Assembly (NCBI GenBank): GCA_965205485.1 | Contig: OZ242180.1 | Coordinates: 2,383,422 to 2,447,421, forward strand | Length of the DNA: 64,000 nucleotides | Source: Candidatus Latescibacterota bacterium | Lineage (GTDB): Bacteria; Latescibacterota; UBA2968; GCA-2709665 | Direction of reading: 5' to 3' | In this document: piece after piece, positions 1-9,551 of the stretch | Layout of the letters: each line of letters starts with the position of its first letter | Position numbering within the stretch: the stretch's first letter is position 1 | Translations under genes and position numbers: made by a program | The notes under the pieces: model-generated | Told to the model about the DNA's origin: nothing | Database searches by the model: none | The model's input: only the letters and a program-made list of their open reading frames with translations

Positions 1-2
1 CC

Positions 3-1067
3 CGGCGCTTCGCCCGGCAGAAGCAGGCCGCCTTCTCCGCGCTGAAGTGGACCGCGGGGCAATACGTCGTTGTCGGTATGTTTCATCCCCTGGCGCTTAT
101 CGTCATCTTCGAGTCGGTGCAGCACGCCATACTGGACGGGAGAGGATCGGCATTCGACCTGGCGGGTTTTCTGTCCTTCAATGCCGCGTTCGGCCAGCTC
201 ACAGGCGCAGTATTTGCCCTCACCTCCGCCGCGGCAACCGCAATCGCCGTGATCCCGCTTCTCGAGCGCGTACGACCGATTTTCAATGCCACGCCCGAAA
301 CCGCGGACGGACGCATCGAGCTTTCGGACATAAAGGGCGAGCTGGAATTCTCGAGCGTGAACTTTCGATACGGTCCGGATGCATCAAAGGCGATCGACAG
401 CGTATCGTTTCGAATCCGGCAGGGCGACTACGTCGCGTTCGTGGGACCCTCCGGCTGCGGAAAATCAACCGTCTACCGCCTGTTGCTCGGCTTCGAGCGG
501 CCGGAGTCAGGGACGGTGTTTCTGGACGGGCACGACCTGTCCAGCCTGGACCTGACGACCCTCCGCAGGCATATGGGCGTCGTCCTGCAGAACGGCCAGA
601 TTGTCGCCGGAAATATATTCGAGAATATCGCCGGGATGTCTCCGTTGAGCGATGAAGAGGCGTGGGCTGCCGCCAGGGCGGCTGCGCTCGAAGACGATAT
701 ACGGGCGATGCCGATGGGTATGCATACCATCCTGCCGGAAGGCGGTGTGGGTCTTTCGTCAGGACAGAAGCAGCGTTTGCTGATCGCGCGCGCATTCGCC
801 CGCAAGCCGCGCATTCTGCTTTTCGACGAGGCCACCAGCGCCCTGGACAACCGGGCGCAGGCAGTGGTACAATCGTCCCTGAAGGGGTTGGGGGTGACCC
901 GTGTCGTCATTGCTCACCGGCTGAGCACCATCCGCGACGTGGACAGAATCTTCGTGATGGACGCCGGGCGTATCGTGGAAAGCGGCAGCTTCCGGCAGCT
1001 TGTCGAGCACAACGGGGTCTTTGCCGCGCTCGCGCGGCGTCAGACGCTTCAGTCAACGAATGCGTAG
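3..1067 (+). CDS. NHLP bacteriocin system ABC transporter ATP-binding/permease subunit (5'-truncated by window edge)
   Basis: Frame is open from position 3 (RRFARQKQAAF...). Walker A GPSGCGKS, signature LSSGQKQR, Walker B LLFDEATSALD, H-loop IAHRLST. Directly upstream of an NHLP precursor. Confidence 0.85.
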   Translation, partial: RRFARQKQAAFSALKWTAGQYVVVGMFHPLALIVIFESVQHAILDGRGSAFDLAGFLSFNAAFGQLTGAVFALTSAAATAIAVIPLLERVRPIFNATPETADGRIELSDIKGELEFSSVNFRYGPDASKAIDSVSFRIRQGDYVAFVGPSGCGKSTVYRLLLGFERPESGTVFLDGHDLSSLDLTTLRRHMGVVLQNGQIVAGNIFENIAGMSPLSDEEAWAAARAAALEDDIRAMPMGMHTILPEGGVGLSSGQKQRLLIARAFARKPRILLFDEATSALDNRAQAVVQSSLKGLGVTRVVIAHRLSTIRDVDRIFVMDAGRIVESGSFRQLVEHNGVFAALARRQTLQSTNA

Positions 1068-1117
1068 ATCGTAAGGGGACATGCCCCGACAATCTCCGGT
1101 GGGTCCATACGCCGGGG

Positions 1118-1145
1118 TTGACATGCGACGGAAAATCGTTATATT
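1118..1145 (+). promoter_or_regulatory. sigma70-type promoter of the NHLP precursor
   Basis: TTGACA (1118-1123), 16-nt spacer, TATATT (1140-1145), in an AT-rich intergenic region. Confidence 0.6.
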
Positions 1146-1281
1146 TGCCTTGTGGTAAATATCACGAAAAGATCATGTTTTCTTACCGTATTAGACCGAA
1201 AATATCACGAATAATGCGATAAATATAATTATCATCACGAAACATTCACTTCTTCTCACCACTCCAAACCAGGGGGCCACG

Positions 1282-1596
1282 ATGAAGACCATGCAGGAAA
1301 TGCAGGACCACGTCGTATTCAAAGCGTCTTCCGACGCGCAGTTTCGTGCCAGTCTGCTGAAGAATCCCAAGGGCTCAATAGAAAAAGAGCTCGGCGTGAA
1401 GATTCCGGAGAATTTCTCGGTCGAAATTCACGAAGACAACCTGACGACCGCGCACCTGGTTCTTCCGCTGAGAAACGGACCGGAGGCGATGAGCGAGGAC
1501 GAGTTGGCGGCGGTTGTGGGCGGTGCAGGCGCAGAGAACTGTGAATGGGGTCACGATCATCACGACGAATACCACGTTCCGTTGGGAGGTCCCTGA
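1282..1596 (+). CDS. NHLP leader peptide family RiPP precursor (proteusin type)
   Basis: Nitrile-hydratase-like leader (KASSDAQFRASLLKNPKGSIEKELG...EIHED...HLVLP) ending MSEDELAAVVGG. 23-aa core AGAENCEWGHDHHDEYHVPLGGP. Confidence 0.92.
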   Translation: MKTMQEMQDHVVFKASSDAQFRASLLKNPKGSIEKELGVKIPENFSVEIHEDNLTTAHLVLPLRNGPEAMSEDELAAVVGGAGAENCEWGHDHHDEYHVPLGGP

Positions 1597-1668
1597 TCGT
1601 TCGAAGAATCTTGCCGAGACTTCAGGAGGCGAGGTCAGGAATCCCGCATGGTTATACGACGTATTTTC

Positions 1669-1700
1669 CCGGTGCCGCCCGAAGGCGGCGCCGGTTTTTT
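1669..1700 (+). terminator. Intrinsic terminator / stabilising hairpin after the NHLP precursor
   Basis: CCGGTGCCGCC-CGAA-GGCGGCGCCGG followed by TTTTTT. Confidence 0.8.
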
Positions 1701-1774
1701 CGTACGTGCGATGCGAAGTGAGAAGAACGGAACGGCCTGATTGCGTACAACACGGTTTGACGAAGGAGCTGACG

Positions 1775-2866
1775 ATGCCGGAGCGCCTCAGGGTGATTTC
1801 ACCGGAATCGCGCCGTTTCATTCCGTCGGAACTCGTCGCCGGTCACGGCTGGGACCGCCTGGTGCGCCGGGTCGGCGAACTTCCCGGCTGGCCGGTGTTG
1901 AACAGGGTGTTCTTCGAGTTCGGCCTCGGAGACCCCGCGCCCGTTGCCGACTTCTCCGTCCGCGTCCTTCCGGGGCATCCGGGATTGCCTGGCCACTTCG
2001 TCAATCGGGGAAGGACGGCCCGGCAGAATTCCGCGGCTGCCGCGCTGGGCAGATTCCTTTCAGATTTTGCGGATGCTCGGGCGGGGTCCGGATCCGCCTT
2101 GAGCGCCAGGTTCAACGATATCATGCTCGAATACGATATCGCCGGAATCAAGACGGAAGCATCACCGGATCCCGGATTGTTTCTGGGATTGCGGCCCGCC
2201 GCGTCGCCGGACGATTCAGAGGTCCGTTCTCCACGAGACGTGGTTGCAGAGTTGACGAATGCGGTAGGATGGAATGTTGACACCGGCGAGCGCCGGGTTG
2301 TGGAACGGATCGTCAAGGCGCTCCCGCCGGGGGGTCGGCTGGATCACGTGGGAGCGATGCCCGGCCGCTCCGTCAGGGCCGTGCGTGTGATTGTCAACGG
2401 CATTACGTCGGAGGAAATGCCGGTTTTCCTGGAGCGCGCCGGCTGGCCGGGTTCGGTACGAAACGTGATGGACGCCCTTGTTGAATGGCGTGACGTATTT
2501 CCGTACTTTCGACCCTGTTTCGACGCTTCCGCTCGCGGCTTGCGTCCGCGTCTCGGACTCGAGATGTTTCCGCGAAGTGAAAGAAAGGGCCGCTGGCCGG
2601 TGGGGGATTGGCTCAATACGGGTATCCGGACATGGCTGCCGGTTCTGGAACGCCTGGAGGAGCGGGAACTGTGTCTGCCGGCAAAGGGTAACGGCTTGCG
2701 TGTCTTCCCGGGACTGGAACGGGTTTTCGACAAGAACGGTGTGTATATGCTTCACAAGGGACTCAACCACGTCAAACTGGCGATCGAAGATGGCGGCGTA
2801 CAGGCCAAAGCATATGCCGGCCTCAGATTGCTGCGGTTCGGTCCGGAAGCGGCTGCAATGCCCTGA
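1775..2866 (+). CDS. Uncharacterised NHLP-cluster protein, possible ABBA/aromatic prenyltransferase-like fold
   Basis: ATG 1775 with AAGGAG RBS. Motifs MLEYD, PGLF, VGAMPGR, PRLGLE, LNHVKL, AKAY. The fold call is inference. Confidence 0.55.
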   Translation: MPERLRVISPESRRFIPSELVAGHGWDRLVRRVGELPGWPVLNRVFFEFGLGDPAPVADFSVRVLPGHPGLPGHFVNRGRTARQNSAAAALGRFLSDFADARAGSGSALSARFNDIMLEYDIAGIKTEASPDPGLFLGLRPAASPDDSEVRSPRDVVAELTNAVGWNVDTGERRVVERIVKALPPGGRLDHVGAMPGRSVRAVRVIVNGITSEEMPVFLERAGWPGSVRNVMDALVEWRDVFPYFRPCFDASARGLRPRLGLEMFPRSERKGRWPVGDWLNTGIRTWLPVLERLEERELCLPAKGNGLRVFPGLERVFDKNGVYMLHKGLNHVKLAIEDGGVQAKAYAGLRLLRFGPEAAAMP

Positions 2867-3086
2867 TTCGGCGGTCGAACGGTGACACATTTCCGGAACG
2901 GAACACCAGAGCCAAAGAAACGGTTGCAGACGCTGTCATTGAAGCGCATATTGTCATTGCACGTCCCGCATTTGGACGCGATCCCGGGTCGAGGGTATGG
3001 GGAAGACGGTAGACCAAAAGTGGTAAGACGGGAGCTTGCACATAAATGAACTCACGTCACCGAAAACCGACGAATCCTGGTCTAAG

Positions 3087-3581
3087 ATGAACAAACGCGA
3101 AGACTATCTCTCGTGGGACGAATATTTCATGGGCGTCGCGCTGCTCTCCGCCCTCAGGAGCAAGGACCCCAACACCCGCGTCGGCGCATGCATCATCAAC
3201 GAGAAAAAGAAAATCGTGGGCATCGGCTATAACGGCCTGCCGATCGGCTGCTCGGACGACGAGTATCCGTGGGCAAGAGAGGGGGACTTTCTCGACACCA
3301 AGTACCCGTACATATGCCACGCCGAACTCAACGCGATCCTGAACAAGATCGACACCAACCTCTACAACTGCACGATCTACGTTACGCACTTTCCGTGCAA
3401 CGAATGCGCGAAAGTGATCATTCAATCCGGCATTCGGGAAGTCATCTACCTGGCGGACAAATACGCGGAAACCGAACCCGTCATGGCCTCCAAACGCATG
3501 TTCGACAGCGCCGGAGTCGACTACCGCCGGCTCACCGGGTACCGGGATCACCTGCACATCGAATTCAAAGACCTTTCCTGA
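3087..3581 (+). CDS. dCMP deaminase (ComEB family)
   Basis: YLSWDEYFMGVA, RSKDPNTRVGACI, HAELNAI, PCNEC zinc motifs. Confidence 0.92.
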   Translation: MNKREDYLSWDEYFMGVALLSALRSKDPNTRVGACIINEKKKIVGIGYNGLPIGCSDDEYPWAREGDFLDTKYPYICHAELNAILNKIDTNLYNCTIYVTHFPCNECAKVIIQSGIREVIYLADKYAETEPVMASKRMFDSAGVDYRRLTGYRDHLHIEFKDLS

Positions 3582-3605
3582 TATTGGATCAGAGAGGAAG
3601 CCGAA

Positions 3606-4442
3606 ATGCCGGCCACGGATCCCTGGCTGCCGGTTGGACCGGACCTGAAAACCGTCAACGCGGCGTACGAAAATCCGCTCAAAGCCCTTTCAGCGGCCGA
3701 GATACCGGCCATCCTCCTGCCTCGGTCCTACGACCCGGCCCACTGTGCCGGCCTGATTCGCCGTTTCATAGACCGCGGCCTGATGCGGGATCCCGCGGAC
3801 ACGGAATCCGACGATGCCCGAACCCGAATCGACATCGGCACCAGCCTGGGGAACCTGGGTAACGACCGGGAGCGATTTCTCGATCACGCCGTAAAGACTC
3901 ACGACCTGTTCGGGGATCTCTTCAACGGATTCGACAATCCGGTCGACGTCATCTATGACAGCCTCACCGCCCTCGCGGCGGGTAAACGGGTGTTGACGGC
4001 GCGCGAACCAGACGGCCGCCTTTACGGACCGGCCATCTTCCGCATCCACTACACCCACCACACCTACCGGCCGCACATCGACCACGTCACGCTGCGCGAA
4101 AAACGCTTCAATTACGATGTCTCCCGGTTCGAACACCAGTTCGCCGGCATCCTCTGCTTTCAAAACGCGGCTCAGGCCGGGCCGGCGACCCAGGCGATCC
4201 TGCACCGGTGCCTGTGGACGGAAGACGTCGAGGCGCACATTGCCGAAAACGCCTTTCACGAATACGCCCGGCTGAACGACGTCGGACAGTGCCGCGTCGA
4301 GCTTGAACCGGGCGATCTCTACTTCTTCAACACCCGCTGCATCCACGAGGTCCCCGCGGTCGAGGGAACAGACCCCAGAATCGTCCTGGCCGTCTTCATC
4401 GGCTGGTCAGACGACGACGGCGAGGTCTACGTCTGGGCGTAG
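3606..4442 (+). CDS. 2OG-Fe(II) oxygenase superfamily protein
   Basis: HxD (RPHID), then LEPGDLYFFN..CIHEV..R, the facial-triad pattern of DSBH dioxygenases. Confidence 0.7.
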   Translation: MPATDPWLPVGPDLKTVNAAYENPLKALSAAEIPAILLPRSYDPAHCAGLIRRFIDRGLMRDPADTESDDARTRIDIGTSLGNLGNDRERFLDHAVKTHDLFGDLFNGFDNPVDVIYDSLTALAAGKRVLTAREPDGRLYGPAIFRIHYTHHTYRPHIDHVTLREKRFNYDVSRFEHQFAGILCFQNAAQAGPATQAILHRCLWTEDVEAHIAENAFHEYARLNDVGQCRVELEPGDLYFFNTRCIHEVPAVEGTDPRIVLAVFIGWSDDDGEVYVWA

Positions 4443-4529
4443 CGTTATCCCGCCACAAGTCGGAATCTGTCGCCCACAGTGTCATTTTCACGATGGGAAT
4501 TCGCGGGTTGCGTCCCGGAATCCGCCGCC

Positions 4530-5915
4530 ATGGCTGAAACCCTGTATCGGGGAAACCTCCTTCCCGAGCGTCCTGCCCTCCGCGACGTCAGGTCCGTTCT
4601 GCCCGACTACCGCGCTATGCTGCTTGCGGTGATGGCCGCCATCGCGGATCGGTACGAACACGAGCCCGACTACCCCTTCATCGATACCAAGCTGGACCTC
4701 ATCTCCGGAGAGGACTTCCCGCCGGACGATCCCGTAAGGGGTGCGAACGCGGTCTTCGGCTGGATTCAGGGTCGCGGCCTCGAATCCCTGGCCGGGCACT
4801 GCCGATGGATGCGCCGTCACAATCTGGCGCCGGAACTTCGGCGGCGCCTGGAGAGAATCACGTCGGACGTGCTCGCGGTACTGCTAGACATTCGCGCCAG
4901 AAACGCCGGCCGCCTGTCCTTTTTCATGTCACCCGATGGAAACCCGTTCACGCTGGACGAGAATGGCGGGATCCGGACGCTGCAGCTCACGGAGGAATCG
5001 CACTATGGATTCAGCGACCTCTTCAGCGCCAAGGGCATGGTTGCCGCGGCGAGATACCTCGAGTTGCTGGATGCCGAAGCGGAAGCCATGGAATACTGCC
5101 GCCGGGTGGACGATGCAATTCACGAAGGCGGGTTCACCACCGACCAGATTTCGCTGGATCCGATGAATCCCGCCGGTCCCCGACCGGGACGCCATCCCCA
5201 CGGCGCGTACATGATTCAGATCGGCGCCGCCGCCGTGCTGGCCGAACACCGTATTTCCGACAGCGTGGAAATGGGTCTGCGCCTCATTCGACACGAAATG
5301 CGGACCTACGTCAATCTGGGCGGGCGGGTGCCGCGTCTCCGGGAGTACGACTTCTGGGAAGCGGTGGACGACGACGGCCGGCCCTTCGAGGAGGACGGCA
5401 GGATCCTTTCCGATCCGGGCCACGTCCTCGAGTTCATCGGCCTGACGCTGAAATTCGCCTCGGCCGTCAGAGAAAACGCGCTGGCGGATGCCGAACAACT
5501 TACGGAAATCGCGGACGTCGAAGCCCATATGCCCGCGCTGCTCGCGCATACCTTCGCGGGAGGCTTCCAACCCGGTCCCGGCGGCATCTGCAAGGTGTTC
5601 GACCTGATTTCCCGCGCACCCGCCAATACCGACATGCCGTGGTGGAACCTTCCTGAAACGCTGCGCGCCGCCGCGTACTGCTTTTCGATTGCCTCATCCA
5701 CGGCACAGCGGCAGGACGCTCTGAGCATATTCAGCGCGTGCCACAACGCCTTCACAAGGCACTTCGTTCGTCCGGACCTCCATCTGATGGCCTATCAGAC
5801 GCGAAACGAAGCCGGACAGGTCGTGCCGGTCATTCCCGCTACCGCGGATGCGGACCCGGGATACCACACGGGTCTGAGCATCATCGACGTACTCGAAATC
5901 TTCGAGAATGCGTAG
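4530..5915 (+). CDS. AGE (N-acylglucosamine 2-epimerase) family alpha/alpha-barrel protein
   Basis: WIQGR, HGAYMI, DPGHVLEF, WWNLPE, DPGYHT motifs typical of AGE-family epimerases. Confidence 0.7.
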   Translation: MAETLYRGNLLPERPALRDVRSVLPDYRAMLLAVMAAIADRYEHEPDYPFIDTKLDLISGEDFPPDDPVRGANAVFGWIQGRGLESLAGHCRWMRRHNLAPELRRRLERITSDVLAVLLDIRARNAGRLSFFMSPDGNPFTLDENGGIRTLQLTEESHYGFSDLFSAKGMVAAARYLELLDAEAEAMEYCRRVDDAIHEGGFTTDQISLDPMNPAGPRPGRHPHGAYMIQIGAAAVLAEHRISDSVEMGLRLIRHEMRTYVNLGGRVPRLREYDFWEAVDDDGRPFEEDGRILSDPGHVLEFIGLTLKFASAVRENALADAEQLTEIADVEAHMPALLAHTFAGGFQPGPGGICKVFDLISRAPANTDMPWWNLPETLRAAAYCFSIASSTAQRQDALSIFSACHNAFTRHFVRPDLHLMAYQTRNEAGQVVPVIPATADADPGYHTGLSIIDVLEIFENA

Positions 5916-5938
5916 CCAGACGCACTAGACGGGAAGCC

Positions 5939-6601
5939 ATGCGCCTCGAGATCAAAAACCTTTCACTTCGGTACGGCACAAAAAAACCGCTGTTTCAACG
6001 CGTGGACCTCACCGTTGACAGCGGAGACTTCGTCCTCATCCACGGGCCGTCGGGAAGCGGTAAATCCAGCTTCCTCAGGCTGCCCAACCGGCTGCAGGAG
6101 CCCTCATCGGGCGACATTCTGCTAGACGGCAGCCCGGTGTCTCGCCACAACGTCACCGAACTGCGGCGAATGGTCGGTTACGTCCAGCAGACGCCCGCGA
6201 TGGCCGGGGGCAACATTCGTACCAACCTGACCCTGTCATTCACGTTCAAAGCCGGACGGGAACGGCAACAGCCGGACGGAGACCGGCTCAGAGGCCTCCT
6301 GGACGAATTCCTGCTTCAGGACGTGGACCTCGACGACGACGCGGAAACCCTGTCCGTAGGGCAGAAACAGCGGATCGCCCTGATCCGTGCGCTGCTGTCC
6401 GAACCCGGCTTTCTCCTCTGCGACGAACCCACTTCCGCCCTCGACCCCGAGTCCAAATCCGTGGTGGAAACATGGCTGGAACGACTCGCGCTGGAACAGA
6501 ACATCGGCATCTTGCTGGTGACGCACCTGGACTTCACGCCCGTTCGAGTCAGGGCCCGGCGATACCGGCTCGACGGCGGTCTTCAGGAGGTCTCCGCTTG
6601 A
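5939..6601 (+). CDS. fetA: Iron export ABC transporter ATP-binding subunit FetA-like
   Basis: GPSGSGKS, LSVGQKQR, LLCDEPTSALD. Overlaps the downstream fetB-like gene. Confidence 0.75.
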   Translation: MRLEIKNLSLRYGTKKPLFQRVDLTVDSGDFVLIHGPSGSGKSSFLRLPNRLQEPSSGDILLDGSPVSRHNVTELRRMVGYVQQTPAMAGGNIRTNLTLSFTFKAGRERQQPDGDRLRGLLDEFLLQDVDLDDDAETLSVGQKQRIALIRALLSEPGFLLCDEPTSALDPESKSVVETWLERLALEQNIGILLVTHLDFTPVRVRARRYRLDGGLQEVSA

Positions 6602-7371
6602 ACCTGATCGAGATCACTCCCATCCAACTGCTTCTGTGTCTCGTTTTCGTTTTGATCGCGGGCACCGGCTCGGTTGTCTTCCGCCTCAACCTGGAAAAGG
6701 ACCTCGCGTGGGGCACCGTACGCACCTTCGCGCAGCTCTTCCTCGTTGGCTACGTCCTGAAGTACATCTTCCAGATCAACAACCCGTACCTGATTCTCAT
6801 CCTCTTCGTCTGGATGGTCTTCTGGGCCGCCCACGCCATCCGCGGACGCGTAAAGGAAAAAGAGGTCCGATACTTCATCCCAACGTTCATTTCAATGGTG
6901 GCCAGCTACACGACCGTTTCCATCCTGGTTACGGCGGCGATCGTTCAGGTCAAGCCCTGGTACACGCCTCAGTACTTCATCCCCCTCGGCGGCATGATTA
7001 TCGGCAACTCCATGAACGCGGTCACGATCGCACTGGAACGCCTCTTCTCAGACCTGCGCAAACAGCGGGACCAGATCGAACTCGCCCTTTGCCTCGGCGC
7101 CACCTACCAGGAAGCGACGGCCACGATTCTTCGCGACGTGGTCAAGGCCGGTATGATCCCTTCAATCAACTCCCTGATGACCGTCGGCCTCGTTTCCCTG
7201 CCCGGGATGATGACGGGTCAGATCCTGGCTGGCTCGGACCCGATGACTGCCATCAAGTATCAGATCATTGTGATGCTGATGATCGTTGCCGCCACTGCTA
7301 TTGGCTCGATTATCGTCGTACACGTCGTCCGCCGCCGCTGCTTTACCCGGGCGCATCAGCTGGCGATATAA
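6598..7371 (+). CDS. fetB: Iron export ABC transporter permease FetB (UPF0014/YbbM)
   Basis: RTFAQLFLVGYVL, PQYFIPLGGMIIGNSMN, GLVSLPGMMTGQILAG.DP..AIKYQI. Confidence 0.88.
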   Translation: MNLIEITPIQLLLCLVFVLIAGTGSVVFRLNLEKDLAWGTVRTFAQLFLVGYVLKYIFQINNPYLILILFVWMVFWAAHAIRGRVKEKEVRYFIPTFISMVASYTTVSILVTAAIVQVKPWYTPQYFIPLGGMIIGNSMNAVTIALERLFSDLRKQRDQIELALCLGATYQEATATILRDVVKAGMIPSINSLMTVGLVSLPGMMTGQILAGSDPMTAIKYQIIVMLMIVAATAIGSIIVVHVVRRRCFTRAHQLAI

Positions 7372-7376
7372 ACTGG

Positions 7377-8162
7377 TTAGACCGTTTCACCCGACCCGCC
7401 GTCGAAGTTGATCGCGGCGCCGGTGATGAAGGCGCCCCGGTCGGACACCAGAAACGCGACCAGATCGGCCACCTCGGCGGGTTCGCCCATCCTGCCCAGC
7501 GGCACGTCCTTTCCGAGTTTCTCACACCAGGCATCGAAATCCATGTCGCTGCCGGAGGCCGTCCAGGCCCGCTCCGCCTGCGCCGACCTGATATTCGTGA
7601 GGCACACCGTATTGACGCGAATCCGGTGCTGCGCCAGGTCCTTCGACATCGCCTTGCTCAATGCGATCCCCGCCGCGCGGCTCACCGACGTGGGCACTGA
7701 ACCCGGCCCCGGCGCCTTACCCCCCGGATGCGTGATGTTCACGATGCTGCCCCCGCCACGCGACTTCATGTGCGGAACCGCCAGACGTGAACCGCGGACC
7801 GCGGCCCAGAACTTCAAGTCGAAATCTCCCTGCCAGACGGACTCGGGTGCATCTTCGAAGTGATGGCCTTCGGAACGGCCGGCGTTGTTGACCAGGATAT
7901 CGATTCCGCCGAATCCGGACACTGCGTCATTTACGAACCGTTCCACGTCCGCGGCAAGCGTGACGTCCGCCGCCACCGCGAGGACCTCGGCGCCGGATTC
8001 CGATCTGATGGCGTCCGCCGCGGCCGCCAAAACGTCCTGACGCCGCGCGCACATCGCAACCCGGCATCCCTCCCCGGCCAACTTCAGGGCGATCCCTTTT
8101 CCGATGCCCTCGCTGCCCCCTGTCACCAGCGCCACCTTGTCCGTCAGATTCAACTCCAGCAT
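7377..8162 (-). CDS. SDR family oxidoreductase
   Basis: TGGSEGIG, DILVNNAG, IRVNTV, FITGAAINFDGG. GGAGGGAG RBS upstream of ATG 8162. Confidence 0.9.
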   Translation of the reverse strand: MLELNLTDKVALVTGGSEGIGKGIALKLAGEGCRVAMCARRQDVLAAAADAIRSESGAEVLAVAADVTLAADVERFVNDAVSGFGGIDILVNNAGRSEGHHFEDAPESVWQGDFDLKFWAAVRGSRLAVPHMKSRGGGSIVNITHPGGKAPGPGSVPTSVSRAAGIALSKAMSKDLAQHRIRVNTVCLTNIRSAQAERAWTASGSDMDFDAWCEKLGKDVPLGRMGEPAEVADLVAFLVSDRGAFITGAAINFDGGSGETV

Positions 8163-8286
8163 TTCACTCCCTCCTTGAGTCGACACCCTGTGCCACAACC
8201 GGCGCCTTCGGTAAACGAGCGAGGCCGCAGTCCGGCTGCGCGACGCGCTCTCGACCTCTCGAAGCGTCGTCTTCTGCGTGTGACGT

Positions 8287-8925
8287 TCAACCCGCGGCCC
8301 ATCGCACGCCCTGGCAGAGCATGACCTGTACCGGAGGCCTCGCAAACGTCCCGGGGCCGTGACCGAGCGCCGTGTAGAAGACCCGGCCCGACCCATAAGG
8401 TTTCACCCACGCAATGGGAAACGTCCCGCCATGCCATTGCGCCGAAGCGAGAATCCGCAGTTGAGGCTCGTACGCCGAAATGTAGATTTCGTCGTCCACC
8501 TCGAAATCCTCGATGCCCATCATTACCGGATGGTCCCCGTCTGCCACCCGTACGCTGAACTTCAACCCGGGCGGGTGCCAATTGGCGTGCCCGCCCAGGA
8601 GGTCCGCCGCACGCCCGCCGATCCACCATGCCGATCCGTGAATACCCACCAGCCCCTTGCCGCCGGCGACGAACCCGAAGAGCCCGTCCTCCTGTGCGGG
8701 CGTCAGGTCCGGTTCGCGGGCGATCGAACCGTCCTCCCGCTTGACGGTGCGCGTGAACCCGGTTCCGAATACGCAGACGTCATATTGTTCCATCCCGCTG
8801 GCCAGAAGGTCCTTGTCCGTTCTCAGTTCCACGGACAGATCGGGCTGGTCGTCCAGGAACCCATGGATCATTCCGGCGCTCTGATCGAAGCCGTGATTCG
8901 CACCCGACAGAATCAATACGTTCAT
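8287..8925 (-). CDS. ThuA domain (trehalose utilisation / glutamine amidotransferase-like) protein
   Basis: FVAGGKGLVGIH, HPV..GI.DF...DEIY, PIAWVKPYGSGRVFYTALGH. Confidence 0.85.
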   Translation of the reverse strand: MNVLILSGANHGFDQSAGMIHGFLDDQPDLSVELRTDKDLLASGMEQYDVCVFGTGFTRTVKREDGSIAREPDLTPAQEDGLFGFVAGGKGLVGIHGSAWWIGGRAADLLGGHANWHPPGLKFSVRVADGDHPVMMGIEDFEVDDEIYISAYEPQLRILASAQWHGGTFPIAWVKPYGSGRVFYTALGHGPGTFARPPVQVMLCQGVRWAAG

Positions 8926-9272
8926 TGCAAACCCTCCTCCGGATAACCGTTGCCCTTCGAATTCCGCTGCGCCGGCCCCGCGAACCCGCTGGCGACAGGC
9001 TCCAGCAGAGCCGGATGAATTCCTTATCTAATTGATTTTATTCATCTTCCATCCGGTAACCGCGCGTCGTACAAAACATGCATCGCAGGAATTCCGATGT
9101 CAACGGTTTTTCTCGGCGTCGGCGTTCGAGATACGCGCCCCTTGATTCGGGTACATATATCGCCTAAATTCAACGGGGCGGCGGTCCCGCTCCCAGGTGC
9201 GGGTATCGAATTTGTCCCTCGTTGGAAACCACATCATCTGCGCCCATCGTCAATTTACAGGAACACGACGCA

Positions 9273-9551
9273 ATGTACGAAGGTGAAGTCAGGGATTGGT
9301 ACGCTCGTTCCCCCGCGGAGCGTTTCGTCGAGTCTCAGAAACTCTGGGAGATATTCCTGCTCTTTGGAGGAGACCTTGAACCAGAGCCCGATACCCAAAG
9401 CCCTTTCCACGATATTCGGTTCCAGAGTCCGGGCGCTGCTGATGGGCGGCCAAGCCTGTATCCTTTACGGAGCGGCGGAGTTCAGCCGGGACATCGATCT
9501 GGCGATACTGGCATCGGCCGACAATCTGAATCACCTGCAGACTGTTCTTGA
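9273..9551 (+). CDS. Small hypothetical protein overlapping the downstream nucleotidyltransferase gene (putative TA partner)
   Basis: ATG 9273 after AGGAA. Sequence MYEGEVRDWYARSPAERFVESQKLWEIFLLFGGDLEPEPDTQSPF looks protein-like. Confidence 0.5.
   Translation: MYEGEVRDWYARSPAERFVESQKLWEIFLLFGGDLEPEPDTQSPFHDIRFQSPGAADGRPSLYPLRSGGVQPGHRSGDTGIGRQSESPADCS

Noticed and set aside
1594-1660. Sec read-through of the NHLP precursor TGA stop
   Set aside because: No SECIS-like hairpin at the appropriate distance, and a terminator follows shortly after.
3606-4442. 2OG-Fe(II) oxygenase as an NHLP maturase
   Set aside because: It is separated from the RiPP genes by dCMP deaminase and sits in an apparently unrelated gene run. 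No evidence of linkage.
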